This document shows, in pieces, positions 43,338-53,314 of a DNA stretch of 64,000 nucleotides; position 1 is the first letter of the stretch, and each line of letters begins with the position of its first letter. The translations under genes and the position numbers were made by a program. The notes beneath the pieces are model-generated. The model had not been told where the DNA came from, searched no databases, and worked only from the letters and a program-made list of their open reading frames with translations. This DNA is from a virus, in the IMG/VR virus record IMGVR_UViG_3300029712_000001; one strand, given 5' to 3'.

Positions 43338-46097
43338 TTAATTCTTATTGATTCCGGCTACATATCTTCTGGTGGCATCTTCCCTCGCTCGTTGAGCAAG
43401 CTCTTTGGATTTTAATTTTAACTCTTCCATTTTCATTCTCATTTCATCATCATGAAGTTTGGAATCGTTTTCAATTTTCTTATCCTCTATCCTTTCCTTA
43501 CTTTCTATATCAGCTTGCCTTACGGTCTGATCTGAAACAGAAGCCAGGAAGTTGAGGGAGGTGGCGTCACTCTTGGCGTCTGCCGCCCTGCCTGCCGCCT
43601 GGATCTTCTCTTGAAGTATCCGGTATTGACCTTTCTTGTCTTCCAAAGCAAGTTCATGCTGACGTTGCTTATCCTTCTCAGCAGCTTCAGCTTGTATCTG
43701 TTGCTGGTTAAGCTGCATCTGATTCTGTTGTTGCTGCTGTATCTGACGCTCGTTGTATGCGCGAGTATTCCTTGCATTCTGTATAAGCTCTACCATAGAA
43801 TCTGATGTGAAGATAGATGCAAGATCGTAAATATCGCCTCCGGCTGTATTTAGCTGCAACATGAAAGTTTTAAATTTCTCAAGCTCATCCCTTTTCTTGG
43901 AATTAGATAATGCCTGAACACCAAGATGCCTTAGACTAAGACCGTCGGTTCCTATAGATAAGAATGCTCTGGTAAGGTCACTTTTTGTGTACATTACAGA
44001 AATATCCTTTCCTTCTTCCTGACATTGTTGAGCAACAGCCAGATGAAGATCCAAAGCGCGTTTCTTGAAGTAACCGAAATTATCAAAGTATATCTGTGTT
44101 TGTAACATAGATGCTGTAACGCCCTGCTGGACCCCGGTGGCGGTCTCATACCTGTTGGGACCGTTAATTACTTGAGGCGTGATACCAACCATTTCAAAAC
44201 ACTTCATCCTCGACCATTCAGCAAGCTCCATTCTTGTTTTAAGCTGCTCTGTCTGCGACAAATCATAGACGGCGAACTGGTTGAAAGGAACACCGCCTTT
44301 CGTGTTTTGAGATGAGGTATCTAATGTCAGAGCACCTACAGACTTAGCTACATCAAGAAGATTAGCCCATATATCAGCCACATCTTCACCCAAATCCTTA
44401 TATTCACTTGGAACCAAATTAATATCCCCTAAGAAGAATTTACCGATCTCCTTTTCAAGAATATTGTTGATCTGGTTTATGGAGAAATTATAGAATATTT
44501 GATATGGCTGAATCCTGTTAGCCATAGAAGTACCGATATATCCGGCAACAGGTAGAACAAAGTCATAGATATTGCTATCTCCTTTTATCTGGTGATCGAT
44601 AGGTTCTCCGTCCAGATACAGGTTGTCCTGAGCGAGAGCCCCGCCACTGATTTTAACCCCGTACCTTACCTGTGGAACGTAATCTACGAAATAGGTATTA
44701 ATCTCCGGGTTCTCCATTCCCTTACTCATGGTTCTGGTAATTTTCTTAATACCATTTTCCTGTAAAAAGTCTTGAAGAAGCTCATCGGTTACCATTTCGG
44801 TAGTTACTAATCCGGTTTCAGTTTGGTAGGTAATTACATACACCTGAGCCGGAGATACCCAGTATGATTCAGTTACCTGATACAAATCACTACGAACATG
44901 CTCGTCGCTCAAACTCTGGGCACGGTTATAATAATTACCATGCTCTAAATTTGGCATAAATCTGGTTCTGTGATATTCGTTGCCATTACTATCATATCCG
45001 GTATATGTGCCGGCTGGAATACCGTAATAATCCTCATAAGCTTTTATAGAAGCATAATCATTATATCCTTTCCAAGGTATTACCTTATTCTGATATAACA
45101 TCCCTACACTCGCCGATTTGGATAAACTTACATAGCTCCCATTATCACCATTATAATAAGTGCCATTGAAATTATCAGCACCTCCTATAAGCTTTTGCTT
45201 GTCTTTTGCCGTAAGAAGATGCCCCCACCTTACTATAATGTCATTGGCAGTATAATAATGAACACGACCAATATAATCCCCATATTGAGGATACTTGCTA
45301 TCTAATGTCTTAGAATAAAACGTATTCAACGGAGACCACCTCTCCGGCTTATAATAGTCGTATCCTACATGATAATTTCTAAAGCAACGACCGGTAAGAA
45401 GATAGTCGATGAAATTCTCAGTGTCTATCTCATCCATGTAAAAACGCCCCCTGTCCGCCTCAAGCGTATGAGAACCCCATATAACCTCGGCAGTCTTCCA
45501 TTTTGTATTCATGAAATTCTCTATCTCAGGAGGGGTCATAGATGCTTTCACCTCTTGTATCTGCTGAGCATAAGCCTGCTTTTCTTCTTCGCTGGCAAAA
45601 TTATTATAATCCGGATCCAATCCCCTATTTAATAACTCTTGCCTAACCCTTCTGTCCAATTCCTCTCTAATGTAATTATAAAGAAGATTTTCCTTCGTGG
45701 CAGAATACTGATTCACTTCAGATTCGTCCAATCCCACTACATTATACTTGTCAGAAAGGTTGCCCAACCATCCTACAAAAGCGTTTACGATCGTACCTAT
45801 TATATCATAATGACGTAAGAATGATGGAATGTTTACGTTGTCCCTTATAGACTGAACATCCTTAAGATAAGGAATTACATCTTTCAGCTCCATAAATGAC
45901 AGCTTCCCTTCCATCATCCTGTAAAAATCTTTGAACTTTTGGTTCTCATCAAGCTGCTTCAAACCAATCAATTCAAGAGAATCCATAGTGGCTTTAAACC
46001 ACTCCTTGGTTTTTCTCTTGGTAGGTATAGCCTGCACCGGCAACCCTGAAAATACTCCTCTGGCCGGAAAAGCCTGATCTCTGTTAAAATACTCCAT
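43338..46097 (-). CDS. portal protein
   Basis: 919 aa immediately downstream of TerL. The size and the C-terminal Q-rich coiled coil (ERQIQQQQQNQMQLNQQQIQAEAAEKDKQ) are reminiscent of a portal barrel. Confidence 0.65.
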   Translation of the reverse strand: MEYFNRDQAFPARGVFSGLPVQAIPTKRKTKEWFKATMDSLELIGLKQLDENQKFKDFYRMMEGKLSFMELKDVIPYLKDVQSIRDNVNIPSFLRHYDIIGTIVNAFVGWLGNLSDKYNVVGLDESEVNQYSATKENLLYNYIREELDRRVRQELLNRGLDPDYNNFASEEEKQAYAQQIQEVKASMTPPEIENFMNTKWKTAEVIWGSHTLEADRGRFYMDEIDTENFIDYLLTGRCFRNYHVGYDYYKPERWSPLNTFYSKTLDSKYPQYGDYIGRVHYYTANDIIVRWGHLLTAKDKQKLIGGADNFNGTYYNGDNGSYVSLSKSASVGMLYQNKVIPWKGYNDYASIKAYEDYYGIPAGTYTGYDSNGNEYHRTRFMPNLEHGNYYNRAQSLSDEHVRSDLYQVTESYWVSPAQVYVITYQTETGLVTTEMVTDELLQDFLQENGIKKITRTMSKGMENPEINTYFVDYVPQVRYGVKISGGALAQDNLYLDGEPIDHQIKGDSNIYDFVLPVAGYIGTSMANRIQPYQIFYNFSINQINNILEKEIGKFFLGDINLVPSEYKDLGEDVADIWANLLDVAKSVGALTLDTSSQNTKGGVPFNQFAVYDLSQTEQLKTRMELAEWSRMKCFEMVGITPQVINGPNRYETATGVQQGVTASMLQTQIYFDNFGYFKKRALDLHLAVAQQCQEEGKDISVMYTKSDLTRAFLSIGTDGLSLRHLGVQALSNSKKRDELEKFKTFMLQLNTAGGDIYDLASIFTSDSMVELIQNARNTRAYNERQIQQQQQNQMQLNQQQIQAEAAEKDKQRQHELALEDKKGQYRILQEKIQAAGRAADAKSDATSLNFLASVSDQTVRQADIESKERIEDKKIENDSKLHDDEMRMKMEELKLKSKELAQRAREDATRRYVAGINKN

Positions 46098-46113
46098 GAG
46101 CTATATGTTTTTT

Positions 46114-46123
46114 CACAAAGATA
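46114..46123 (-). promoter_or_regulatory. -7 promoter box TATCTTTGTG
   Basis: Lies 17-26 nt upstream of the portal ATG at 46097. Confidence 0.5.
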
Positions 46124-46138
46124 GGTAAATTGTTCTAC

Positions 46139-49100
46139 CTATCTCATTTTGTAAGGGTTATGTCTTCTTACCGTAAATCCTTTGACCTGTTCCATCTTCT
46201 TGCGCTCTCTCTTCTTTTGATTCTCCTTCTGAGTCGTACTTTCAGGCATATAACCCATATCATCATAATACTTAGCCAGAAGAAGAGCGTGGCCGAAGGC
46301 TATGATACGGTCGGTGTTGGCCCCAGGGCCGAAGGCTATGATCTCATCAAGAAGTTCTATATCAGGGATACGGTAAATACCTTTCTGTGTTATTTCATTA
46401 CCATCATCATACCCAACTACAACATCCTCCCAGCAATATTGAATAACGGTATTGAAAAGCATGCGCTGATTGGGAACCGTAGGGGCCAAACCGAGCTTGT
46501 TGTTCTGACGGGCGCCAGCACGAATAATCTTACCGGCAAGACGTTCGCCATCTTCCAGCAACATAAGCTGCTTATTTCGTCTCGTAAGATAAAATTCATA
46601 CATTCGGTCAGCATTCTCCATAAGACACTTAGCTCCATACGCCTCTTGAAGTATTTCACAATTCCTACAAAAATCATCGGAAGATGGAGGACGTGATGCG
46701 TATGATGCTACTATGCAATAAGCAAATGGATCGTTGATTTTTACATACCTTTTAAGTACATAAAACGAACCAACAGAATCAGTATCAGCCTTGTCAGATT
46801 TATATGGGTCGAGCGATGAGACATAAGTGTAATCAAAAACACCTCCTTCTTCTGGTGGATCCTCATATATAACAACAGGAGAATCTATGTTACCACCTTG
46901 AAACGGATAATCAGCAAGCTGCTTATCACTAAAATTATACCCCATTTTCATGCCGTCTATCTGATAAATATCCACTGTTTTACCAGGCCTACCTTCTTCA
47001 AGAAGACGGCTTTTGTGCTTCAACGCATCTTCTACAGGGAACCTATTTACGTTCGTATTAAGGAAACAATCATCTATAGACAAAGGGAATGCCATTCGTT
47101 CCTGGACGTATAAAGCTCTATCCTTTTTGACAAGTTCGTCAAGACGTGATTTTATTATTCCAGTATTTTTATCAAAGTCTGAAACTTTTATTTTTATCTT
47201 CTTAAGACCGGGAGCATTCTCTACTCCAAGATACTTATCAAGAGTCGTTTCTTTCTTTTCATACGCATGAGACATCTGGGCCGGAACAAAGCATCCGGAT
47301 TTACATATACGCCATGTTGGTTTAATAACTCTCTTATTTAGAATATCATAATTCATTATAATAAATCCATATTCGTCCGGAGAGTTCATGATTTTCTGTG
47401 CATCTTGAGACTTTTCTACATTACCGCCAGTGTTATGAGTTATAATACCATTTGCTATATAAGTGTGAGTATCTGATGCAGTGAGGTTGTAAACAGGCTT
47501 AATTCCTATATACTCTATCTTATCTATCCTTTCTATTATCACTCCATCTAAATATTTTGACCTAAAAGATCCAAATGTGCTAAAATTAGAACCGAATTTC
47601 CTTATAGAATCAAGTTTCTCTCTTCTATATCCTATATCTGTTCCAATTATATCACAATATTTAAGCATGGATAATTTATCCAATATATTACATACATATG
47701 AATCAAGAATAATTGATCTATCTGCTGGATTTTTAGATGGGCTATAAGAAATAGTACTATGTATTCCAAATTTAAAAAGAACATCCTTTACTTCTTCAAG
47801 AAGATGCCTATTACAAGATCCTAAACTTATACGATGATCCCTATTATTGTTATTAGAATAAAAAGTAGCATCAGCATCAAAATACCCCCTAATCATCATA
47901 ATAACATCCTCTCTTCTATATGAATGTATATTTAAAGGAAGTGTTTTGTTTTTTTTAGTCTGACCATATATACCAAGTTCCCTTAACTCATGGCATATAC
48001 CTTTTATTCTTATTTCCCTATAGTCTTTTCCGTCCTTAGTCTTATACTGTTTCTCTATACAACACTCATATTTAGATCGTATATAATCATACACCTCATC
48101 ATCACTGGTAGACACAATAGGAGTCTTATCAAAACCATAGCTCCCATCCCCTATTAGAATGCCAACAAGGTATGGATCAAACATTTTTTTATCTCCCCAT
48201 ATATCCACACCATCCGATACACATATTTTACGACCAACTCTAAGAGAGTCAGCTCTTCTGAAGTCAGCCCCAAAATACCTAAATTCACCACTTCTTTTAC
48301 TTATAACAGTCAAAATAGGGTGATCACCGCTACATTCCAATACCCTGCCTCTTTTGGTCGTTATTCTATAACACTCTTTCTCGGCAGGAGGTTTCATCCA
48401 TGTTATTTCTTGACTTACAGCTTTTGATGATATATTATCGAATCCTATTATTCCATCTTCTTGTTTTAAATCCTCTATCCTACACGGTTCTCCGTTTGAT
48501 TTGTAAACTATTGTACCAGCACAACAACATCCAGCCATCAAACAAACGCCCCTCATTCTACCATGCATCATATGAGCCGGCCTACCGGCAAGCCATGCTC
48601 CAAGCACCGGAAATTTACCTACCTCATCATATATAGACGTATATGGAGTTCCGCCTGCGGTCTTCAATGAGCCTCGTGTCTTTCCATCATCAACGTTGGT
48701 GATTCTTATTCTGGCATGAACATCACGTTGATTATTGATGTTTCTTGTACCTAAAACAACTTCTTTAGTCCAGTCGTTACCGGTCCTGTTTATAGTAAGA
48801 TAAGGAGGAAGATTATCAAGTCCAAACTCAAGATACTCTCCCATATTGGCAAGGTCTTCTTTACTTGCTCCAATAACATTATGCGTCAAATTGTACGTCA
48901 TTGTAGCATTACGAGCCAGAAGAGAGCTCATTATGGCCGTATTATGAGTAACGATGTAATTGGTGGTCAAAAATAAATGAGAGTCATTATCAACGGTTAT
49001 ACAAGTGGCATGCTCCTTTCCGTATATCGATATGGATCTTATTTTTAATTCCTTACGATTCCTTGATAGTATAAGTTTGTTCCCCTCCAATTTAGCATAC

Positions 49101-50002
49101 CAACCTGAAGCCCAAAACATACGTTGTACAAAATTTATGACATCCATGTCAATATGAGACAACGTAAGCTCTTCTTCTCCGGTTACTACGTTTCTGAAAG
49201 AACGAATGAAGTTTTCTATAAAATCTTTCTTTTGATCTATGGACGATCTTAGAAATTTCTTACAAATGTATTTATCGAAAAACATATCCCCACTATAGCC
49301 ACCGAGATAAGCCGCCAGCATCGAGGCGTAGGCCGACGGTGGAACCGGCAGCTTTGCCGTAGGGTAGTTCAGGGCCTCACCTACTGGAATAGACATACTC
49401 TTATAATCCAATCCGGCTATGGATCTAAGACTCCTAACATGCCATTTTCCGCCATGATTGACACGCCATTGGTGATTTCCGCAACAAATAACGTTACGAC
49501 CGTCTTCGAATACGACTCTGTAGGTGGTTACTTTCCCTTGAGGGTAGACACCTACGACCTCTACCAAATTACCTTTATCGTCATATATCTTATCCCCTAC
49601 AACAATATTTCCTATCATCTTTTCCCGGTCCTCAAGATAAAGTATCTCAGAATCAAGAAGGGCTTTCCCAAAACGACGGCACCCGAACATGAATATTCCT
49701 TTATTCTCTTCTTCAGCCTGCTTTAGAAATTCGGCAAACATCCATTCATTATCACGAAGCTGAGAATTTCCAGGGATACGATCATCTCCTACATCAATCA
49801 TCATCTTCCAGAAATTGATATGCCAGTATAGCCAAGGATGGATAAATACACCATTTATGGTAACACCGTTAAGGAGTTTCATAGCCTCATTCTCCCAGAA
49901 TTGCTTGACATCATCGTCTTGCTCTTCATAAGAATAAAGGTCATTCCATAATGGAATATCGTTACCCATATTTATATAAAGTTCTTTACTGTTAATATTC
50001 AT
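46139..50002 (-). CDS. terL: terminase large subunit interrupted by two inteins
   Basis: Walker A GCRRFGK|T is split by intein 1. Walker B is SIYDEVG. The C-terminal nuclease-type motif is TDRIIAFGHALLLA. The track start at 50047 is TTG; ATGs lie at 50038 and at 50002, and the latter follows the upstream stop at 50010. Confidence 0.85.
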   Translation of the reverse strand: MNINSKELYINMGNDIPLWNDLYSYEEQDDDVKQFWENEAMKLLNGVTINGVFIHPWLYWHINFWKMMIDVGDDRIPGNSQLRDNEWMFAEFLKQAEEENKGIFMFGCRRFGKALLDSEILYLEDREKMIGNIVVGDKIYDDKGNLVEVVGVYPQGKVTTYRVVFEDGRNVICCGNHQWRVNHGGKWHVRSLRSIAGLDYKSMSIPVGEALNYPTAKLPVPPSAYASMLAAYLGGYSGDMFFDKYICKKFLRSSIDQKKDFIENFIRSFRNVVTGEEELTLSHIDMDVINFVQRMFWASGWYAKLEGNKLILSRNRKELKIRSISIYGKEHATCITVDNDSHLFLTTNYIVTHNTAIMSSLLARNATMTYNLTHNVIGASKEDLANMGEYLEFGLDNLPPYLTINRTGNDWTKEVVLGTRNINNQRDVHARIRITNVDDGKTRGSLKTAGGTPYTSIYDEVGKFPVLGAWLAGRPAHMMHGRMRGVCLMAGCCCAGTIVYKSNGEPCRIEDLKQEDGIIGFDNISSKAVSQEITWMKPPAEKECYRITTKRGRVLECSGDHPILTVISKRSGEFRYFGADFRRADSLRVGRKICVSDGVDIWGDKKMFDPYLVGILIGDGSYGFDKTPIVSTSDDEVYDYIRSKYECCIEKQYKTKDGKDYREIRIKGICHELRELGIYGQTKKNKTLPLNIHSYRREDVIMMIRGYFDADATFYSNNNNRDHRISLGSCNRHLLEEVKDVLFKFGIHSTISYSPSKNPADRSIILDSYVCNILDKLSMLKYCDIIGTDIGYRREKLDSIRKFGSNFSTFGSFRSKYLDGVIIERIDKIEYIGIKPVYNLTASDTHTYIANGIITHNTGGNVEKSQDAQKIMNSPDEYGFIIMNYDILNKRVIKPTWRICKSGCFVPAQMSHAYEKKETTLDKYLGVENAPGLKKIKIKVSDFDKNTGIIKSRLDELVKKDRALYVQERMAFPLSIDDCFLNTNVNRFPVEDALKHKSRLLEEGRPGKTVDIYQIDGMKMGYNFSDKQLADYPFQGGNIDSPVVIYEDPPEEGGVFDYTYVSSLDPYKSDKADTDSVGSFYVLKRYVKINDPFAYCIVASYASRPPSSDDFCRNCEILQEAYGAKCLMENADRMYEFYLTRRNKQLMLLEDGERLAGKIIRAGARQNNKLGLAPTVPNQRMLFNTVIQYCWEDVVVGYDDGNEITQKGIYRIPDIELLDEIIAFGPGANTDRIIAFGHALLLAKYYDDMGYMPESTTQKENQKKRERKKMEQVKGFTVRRHNPYKMR
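47432..48526 (-). mobile_element. intein 2 (~365 aa) with LAGLIDADG homing endonuclease
   Basis: It begins C(C)AGTIVY. Block B is SGDHPILT. The LAGLIDADG motifs are LVGILIGDGSY and IRGYFDADATF. It ends NGIITHN|T, and the extein resumes TGGN. The exact N-terminal Cys (aa 507-509) is ambiguous. Confidence 0.75.
48941..49663 (-). mobile_element. intein 1 (241 aa) in the TerL P-loop, class-3-like (Ala1, W-C-T triad)
   Basis: It begins ALLDSEILY directly after GK and ends IVTHN|T. Block B is GNHQW, block F is ATCITV..HLF and block G is VTHN. The central ~100 aa looks like a degenerate endonuclease remnant. Confidence 0.7.
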
Positions 50003-50009
50003 GACAAAA

Positions 50010-50348
50010 CTATTTATCGAGCTTGTTCTTAGCTTCATTCTTGACAAAAGACTGAATACCTGATACTGTTTGTCCTCCTTTTAGACTTTTCTTGTTTTTG
50101 GCAGCCTCAAGCTGATTATAGACATCCATTATCCCACACATCTTAATATAAGATTCAGTCCATTGCATTAAGCTATCAGACAAGCTTTTTTGAAACCTAA
50201 ATTCTTTCTCTCTCTTATCGGAATCTTCTATTTTATCCCAAGGGTTTTCAGATAGATAACGTTCAGCCTTATCTATCTGATCCCTTAGCACAAGAAGTTT
50301 CCGATCTACGTAAGAGACATCATCGTTAGTCGGCTTTCTTGCTTTCAT
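50010..50348 (-). CDS. small basic protein upstream of TerL (possible small terminase; unverified)
   Basis: 112 aa with ATG start. The call rests on position only. Confidence 0.3.
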   Translation of the reverse strand: MKARKPTNDDVSYVDRKLLVLRDQIDKAERYLSENPWDKIEDSDKREKEFRFQKSLSDSLMQWTESYIKMCGIMDVYNQLEAAKNKKSLKGGQTVSGIQSFVKNEAKNKLDK

Positions 50349-50868
50349 TGTTGATAATTTTTAAAAAATCCTCATACTGAGACTTAAGCATATTAAACCT
50401 GTCTTCAAGAGAAGATGGATCAACACGATACTTGCACATGTTTTTTATTCCTTCCTCAACAGATTCGTCTTTGAATACAACAGAACCAGTATTATTATCA
50501 ACGTACATAATAAAATCTGATTCTCCGTCATTTACTATCCTATCAAGAACCTTCTTACTGTCATCATCTACATTGAGATCATGACCGGCGTTAATAGATA
50601 ACCTGTAAACGGCCTTTATAGAAGAAGATACTTTCAACATCTCTTGTTGATACAAGTTGGTCATAAACGACTTTTCTTCTAAATCAATAAAGTCTTCTAA
50701 CTCTATGTCGTTTTCCTCATCCTTCTTCCTAATAATATCCTTAGTTATCTCTTCCATCTCCTCTCCCGCCTTGTCTTGCGCAGACAGTAGATGGTTGTAA
50801 TAAGAAATAAGATGTTTTATATCTGAATCAAAATCAATCTTCTTCATTATCAAGAACCTTTTTATCAT
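50326..50868 (-). CDS. hypothetical acidic protein
   Basis: 180 aa; an alternative ATG lies at 50847. Confidence 0.4.
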   Translation of the reverse strand: MIKRFLIMKKIDFDSDIKHLISYYNHLLSAQDKAGEEMEEITKDIIRKKDEENDIELEDFIDLEEKSFMTNLYQQEMLKVSSSIKAVYRLSINAGHDLNVDDDSKKVLDRIVNDGESDFIMYVDNNTGSVVFKDESVEEGIKNMCKYRVDPSSLEDRFNMLKSQYEDFLKIINNESKKAD

Positions 50869-51115
50869 GAATAATAACGTCCATCAACTCCATTGATAAA
50901 TTATAATCAGCCACTTCAAAAAGCTCGCTGTCTGTCAACGTCCTTAAAAAAGAAACAGACAATCCTCTTTTCTTTGCAAAAGATCTAAGTACGGCATAGA
51001 GAATGTCCCCGGCAGAATAATCTGGGAGATCGTCACAAGATGCCTGCAACATAGAAAATAAGGACTTCCTTTTATCCTCGCATTGTAAATGCCTTGCTTT
51101 ACCACATCCGCCCAT
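50834..51115 (-). CDS. hypothetical protein
   Basis: 93 aa with ATG start. Confidence 0.4.
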   Translation of the reverse strand: MGGCGKARHLQCEDKRKSLFSMLQASCDDLPDYSAGDILYAVLRSFAKKRGLSVSFLRTLTDSELFEVADYNLSMELMDVIIHDKKVLDNEED

Positions 51116-51118
51116 AAC

Positions 51119-51856
51119 TTAACTTTTTTGAATTATAGTACCTTCAAAATTAAACGGAATCTTTTCCTCTTTTTGAGACCCATCTTTTTGATAGTGAATA
51201 GTCATGTACTTTACGAATCTTCCTATTCCAAATCCTGCTGTATGTATCTCTATATTGAACTTAAAGTGACGGGAGTCTATGATATTCAAATTAGAGGACG
51301 TACAGCCACAAGATGTCTCTGATGCTGTTATCTTCATATCATGCTTAGACTCAAGAACGAATGAAAACCTTATACTGTTCCCTTTTTCTACCGGTTCGAA
51401 AATGATTTCAAATGATTTACCGTCTTTAGAGAGGTCAATATTATATTGCTTGTCATCTGTAGAAATAACATTAAATTCATCAGAATCCATTGTAATAAGT
51501 TCTAACCTGTTCCATCTTGACTTCTCATCATAAAAATCAATAGAATACTGACGATCCATCCACGAAGGACGGGGAAGCCCCTCCCCAAGCGCACATTCCT
51601 CTGTCTTGCTCCAGGCCTTCTGCTTGATGAAGCACGTACATACCGAACAACGATTTTTACCTATTTTCTTGCTTACGTATAAAGAAAGAGGAAGCATAGA
51701 GTTAGGGACGTTCTTAGTATTGAATTTACATCCCTCACACTTTTCAAGACGTTCCTTGTACCAATCAGGATAATCTTCTTTTTTTCTTGGAAGTTTTTTT
51801 AATATCGTATCCATAAAAGCATCGTATATAACTTCCGCTTGCAAAATCTTTTTCAT
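51119..51856 (-). CDS. Zn-ribbon plus Ig-like (CGCT-motif) protein
   Basis: 245 aa. The N-terminal CEGC..CSVCTC is Zn-ribbon-like. The C-terminal beta-rich domain carries SCGCTSS, the pattern typical of DUF1573-type Ig folds in Bacteroidota. Confidence 0.4.
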   Translation of the reverse strand: MKKILQAEVIYDAFMDTILKKLPRKKEDYPDWYKERLEKCEGCKFNTKNVPNSMLPLSLYVSKKIGKNRCSVCTCFIKQKAWSKTEECALGEGLPRPSWMDRQYSIDFYDEKSRWNRLELITMDSDEFNVISTDDKQYNIDLSKDGKSFEIIFEPVEKGNSIRFSFVLESKHDMKITASETSCGCTSSNLNIIDSRHFKFNIEIHTAGFGIGRFVKYMTIHYQKDGSQKEEKIPFNFEGTIIQKS

Positions 51857-51859
51857 GAC

Positions 51860-52309
51860 TTATCTGTTAAATTCCTGTTCTTGAATATTTTGTATTTCAC
51901 TAAAACCATGACCCTTACGAGATTTAAAGATAGATAATTTGTTGTGTTTTATCAACATATCCCCACCTTTTATCTCACCTGAGTCATAAGCATCCTTTAT
52001 CATCCTTATCTTAATATCAAGGCACTGAAGTTCTTTTTCCTGATACTTAGATAATTTTTCTACCTTGGATTTAAGACGCTCAAGATTGTGTTTGCGCCTC
52101 TCCATCTCATGAAGATTACAAACCATATCACCCACATACGGGAACGATACAGACACGTTATCTGTGTACGTACATAAGTTATTGGCATAAGAAATACTGG
52201 CTCTGAAAACGTCACGTATTTGGTTTCGGTCGTAAACGCCCCCGGTCTTATCCATCACATCATCTATAATATGTGACTCAAATGATATAGGGAAATCATT
52301 CTTCGGCAT
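51860..52309 (-). CDS. hypothetical protein
   Basis: The track start is TTG; an ATG lies at 52309. Confidence 0.4.
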   Translation of the reverse strand: MPKNDFPISFESHIIDDVMDKTGGVYDRNQIRDVFRASISYANNLCTYTDNVSVSFPYVGDMVCNLHEMERRKHNLERLKSKVEKLSKYQEKELQCLDIKIRMIKDAYDSGEIKGGDMLIKHNKLSIFKSRKGHGFSEIQNIQEQEFNR

Positions 52310-52736
52310 CGGATTCAAAAGTTTTCTTTCTATAAAATAAAGAAACCAACGCACATTGATCTCTTGAACCCTCCAATACAAAAAGACGGCGCATGTTCTC
52401 TATATCCGGGCACAAACACCTTGTCCTGTAATTCCCTTCACGGTCAATCAAAATACCACGCTTCTTCATCTCCGTATCCAAAACCGATACATATTGAAGA
52501 TCGGTACTGAAACAATGAGAAAACTTCTTCTTCGTCTCATACGAATATCCAAACACAAAATAATAGGCAAGAAGATTTAAGTGCCTCGCATCTATGACAT
52601 TCTTCTCATTGCCGGAGGCCATTAGGTATCCGTTATAAAACAGAAGTATCTTCTTAGCCATATCTACCGTATTGGAATAAGGTACTAAAAGCCTATAAGC
52701 CCTATTACTAACATCTTTATTATCACTTTCTTTCAT
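52296..52736 (-). CDS. hypothetical protein (first gene of the minus-strand block)
   Basis: The track start is TTG; an ATG lies at 52736, with a -7 box 17-26 nt upstream. Confidence 0.4.
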   Translation of the reverse strand: MKESDNKDVSNRAYRLLVPYSNTVDMAKKILLFYNGYLMASGNEKNVIDARHLNLLAYYFVFGYSYETKKKFSHCFSTDLQYVSVLDTEMKKRGILIDREGNYRTRCLCPDIENMRRLFVLEGSRDQCALVSLFYRKKTFESDAEE

Positions 52737-52752
52737 GAGATTATCGTTTTGA

Positions 52753-52762
52753 TACAAAGATA
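52753..52762 (-). promoter_or_regulatory. -7 promoter box TATCTTTGTA
   Basis: TAnnTTTG match upstream of the ATG at 52736. Confidence 0.45.
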
Positions 52763-52837
52763 AGGATTAAAGATTTATAAATTTAAAATTAACGTATTTT
52801 ATATATATAATAAGGTTAATCGTTCCACATGAAAAGC

Positions 52838-52905
52838 TGTCCCTGCTGCCGGGGCTGTCGGTGCGGTGACACGGGCCTGCCCTGAGCCTGCCGCCTGTCC
52901 AGCTT
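52838..52905. other. non-coding GC-rich island in an AT-rich intergenic region
   Basis: Sequence GCTGTCCCTGCTGCCGGGGCTGTCGGTGCGGTGACACGGGCCTGCCCTGAGCCTGCCGCCTGTCCAGC, flanked by the imperfect inverted repeat CATGAAAAGCTG / CAGCTTATCTCATG. Confidence 0.7.
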
Positions 52906-52948
52906 ATCTCATGGAATCAGTTTGTAATAACATTTTGTATTTTACTAT

Positions 52949-52995
52949 CATTTTGTTATCATATGTTGATAAATCTAACATATGATAACAAAATG
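52949..52995. repeat. perfect 19-bp inverted repeat, 9-nt spacer
   Basis: CATTTTGTTATCATATGTT, spacer gataaatct, then AACATATGATAACAAAATG. Confidence 0.85.
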
Positions 52996-53042
52996 GAATA
53001 TTTATTATAAATCCATATGTAGTGTAATGATTATATAGAGAA

Positions 53043-53077
53043 GGGAATACGAATGCGGGAACCGCATGAGTGTTCCC
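53043..53077. other. nested hairpin element
   Basis: In GGGAATACGAATGCGGGAACCGCATGAGTGTTCCC the inner stem is TGCGG/CCGCA with a GAA loop and the outer stem is GGGAA/TTCCC. Confidence 0.5.
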
Positions 53078-53306
53078 GAAAGTAAATAGATTAAATCCAT
53101 TTAAGTTATTATATAGTTGAAAATTTATTTTCTGCTATATACATACGAAGTATGTTATATATCCAAATTGCCACTTGCTGAAAATGAGGCTATTACCAAC
53201 TGCCTTGTGTGTTAAATAATGTCAACAATAATAAAAGCTCCTATCTATCTCAGACCGGAGCTTTAAATTAATATACATGTATCATACATCGTATATTAAT
53301 TTCTGC

Positions 53307-53314
53307 TATATTTG
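53307..53314 (+). promoter_or_regulatory. -7 promoter box TATATTTG
   Basis: TAnnTTTG match 22 nt upstream of the ATG at 53336. Confidence 0.45.

Noticed and set aside
46291-46340. The 16-nt direct repeat GGCCGAAGGCTATGAT x2 in the TerL 3' region as a mobile-element target duplication.
   Set aside because: Both copies are in frame and encode the repeated peptide IIAFG within the conserved C-terminal nuclease region. They are better explained as part of a GC3 island or a local duplication.
52829-52885. An 18-codon Cys-rich micro-ORF (MKSCPCCRGCRCGDTGLP) inside the intergenic GC island.
   Set aside because: It is too short and has no recognisable start context. Its openness and Cys codons follow trivially from the TGC/TGT-rich GC island. 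It is kept only as a remark.
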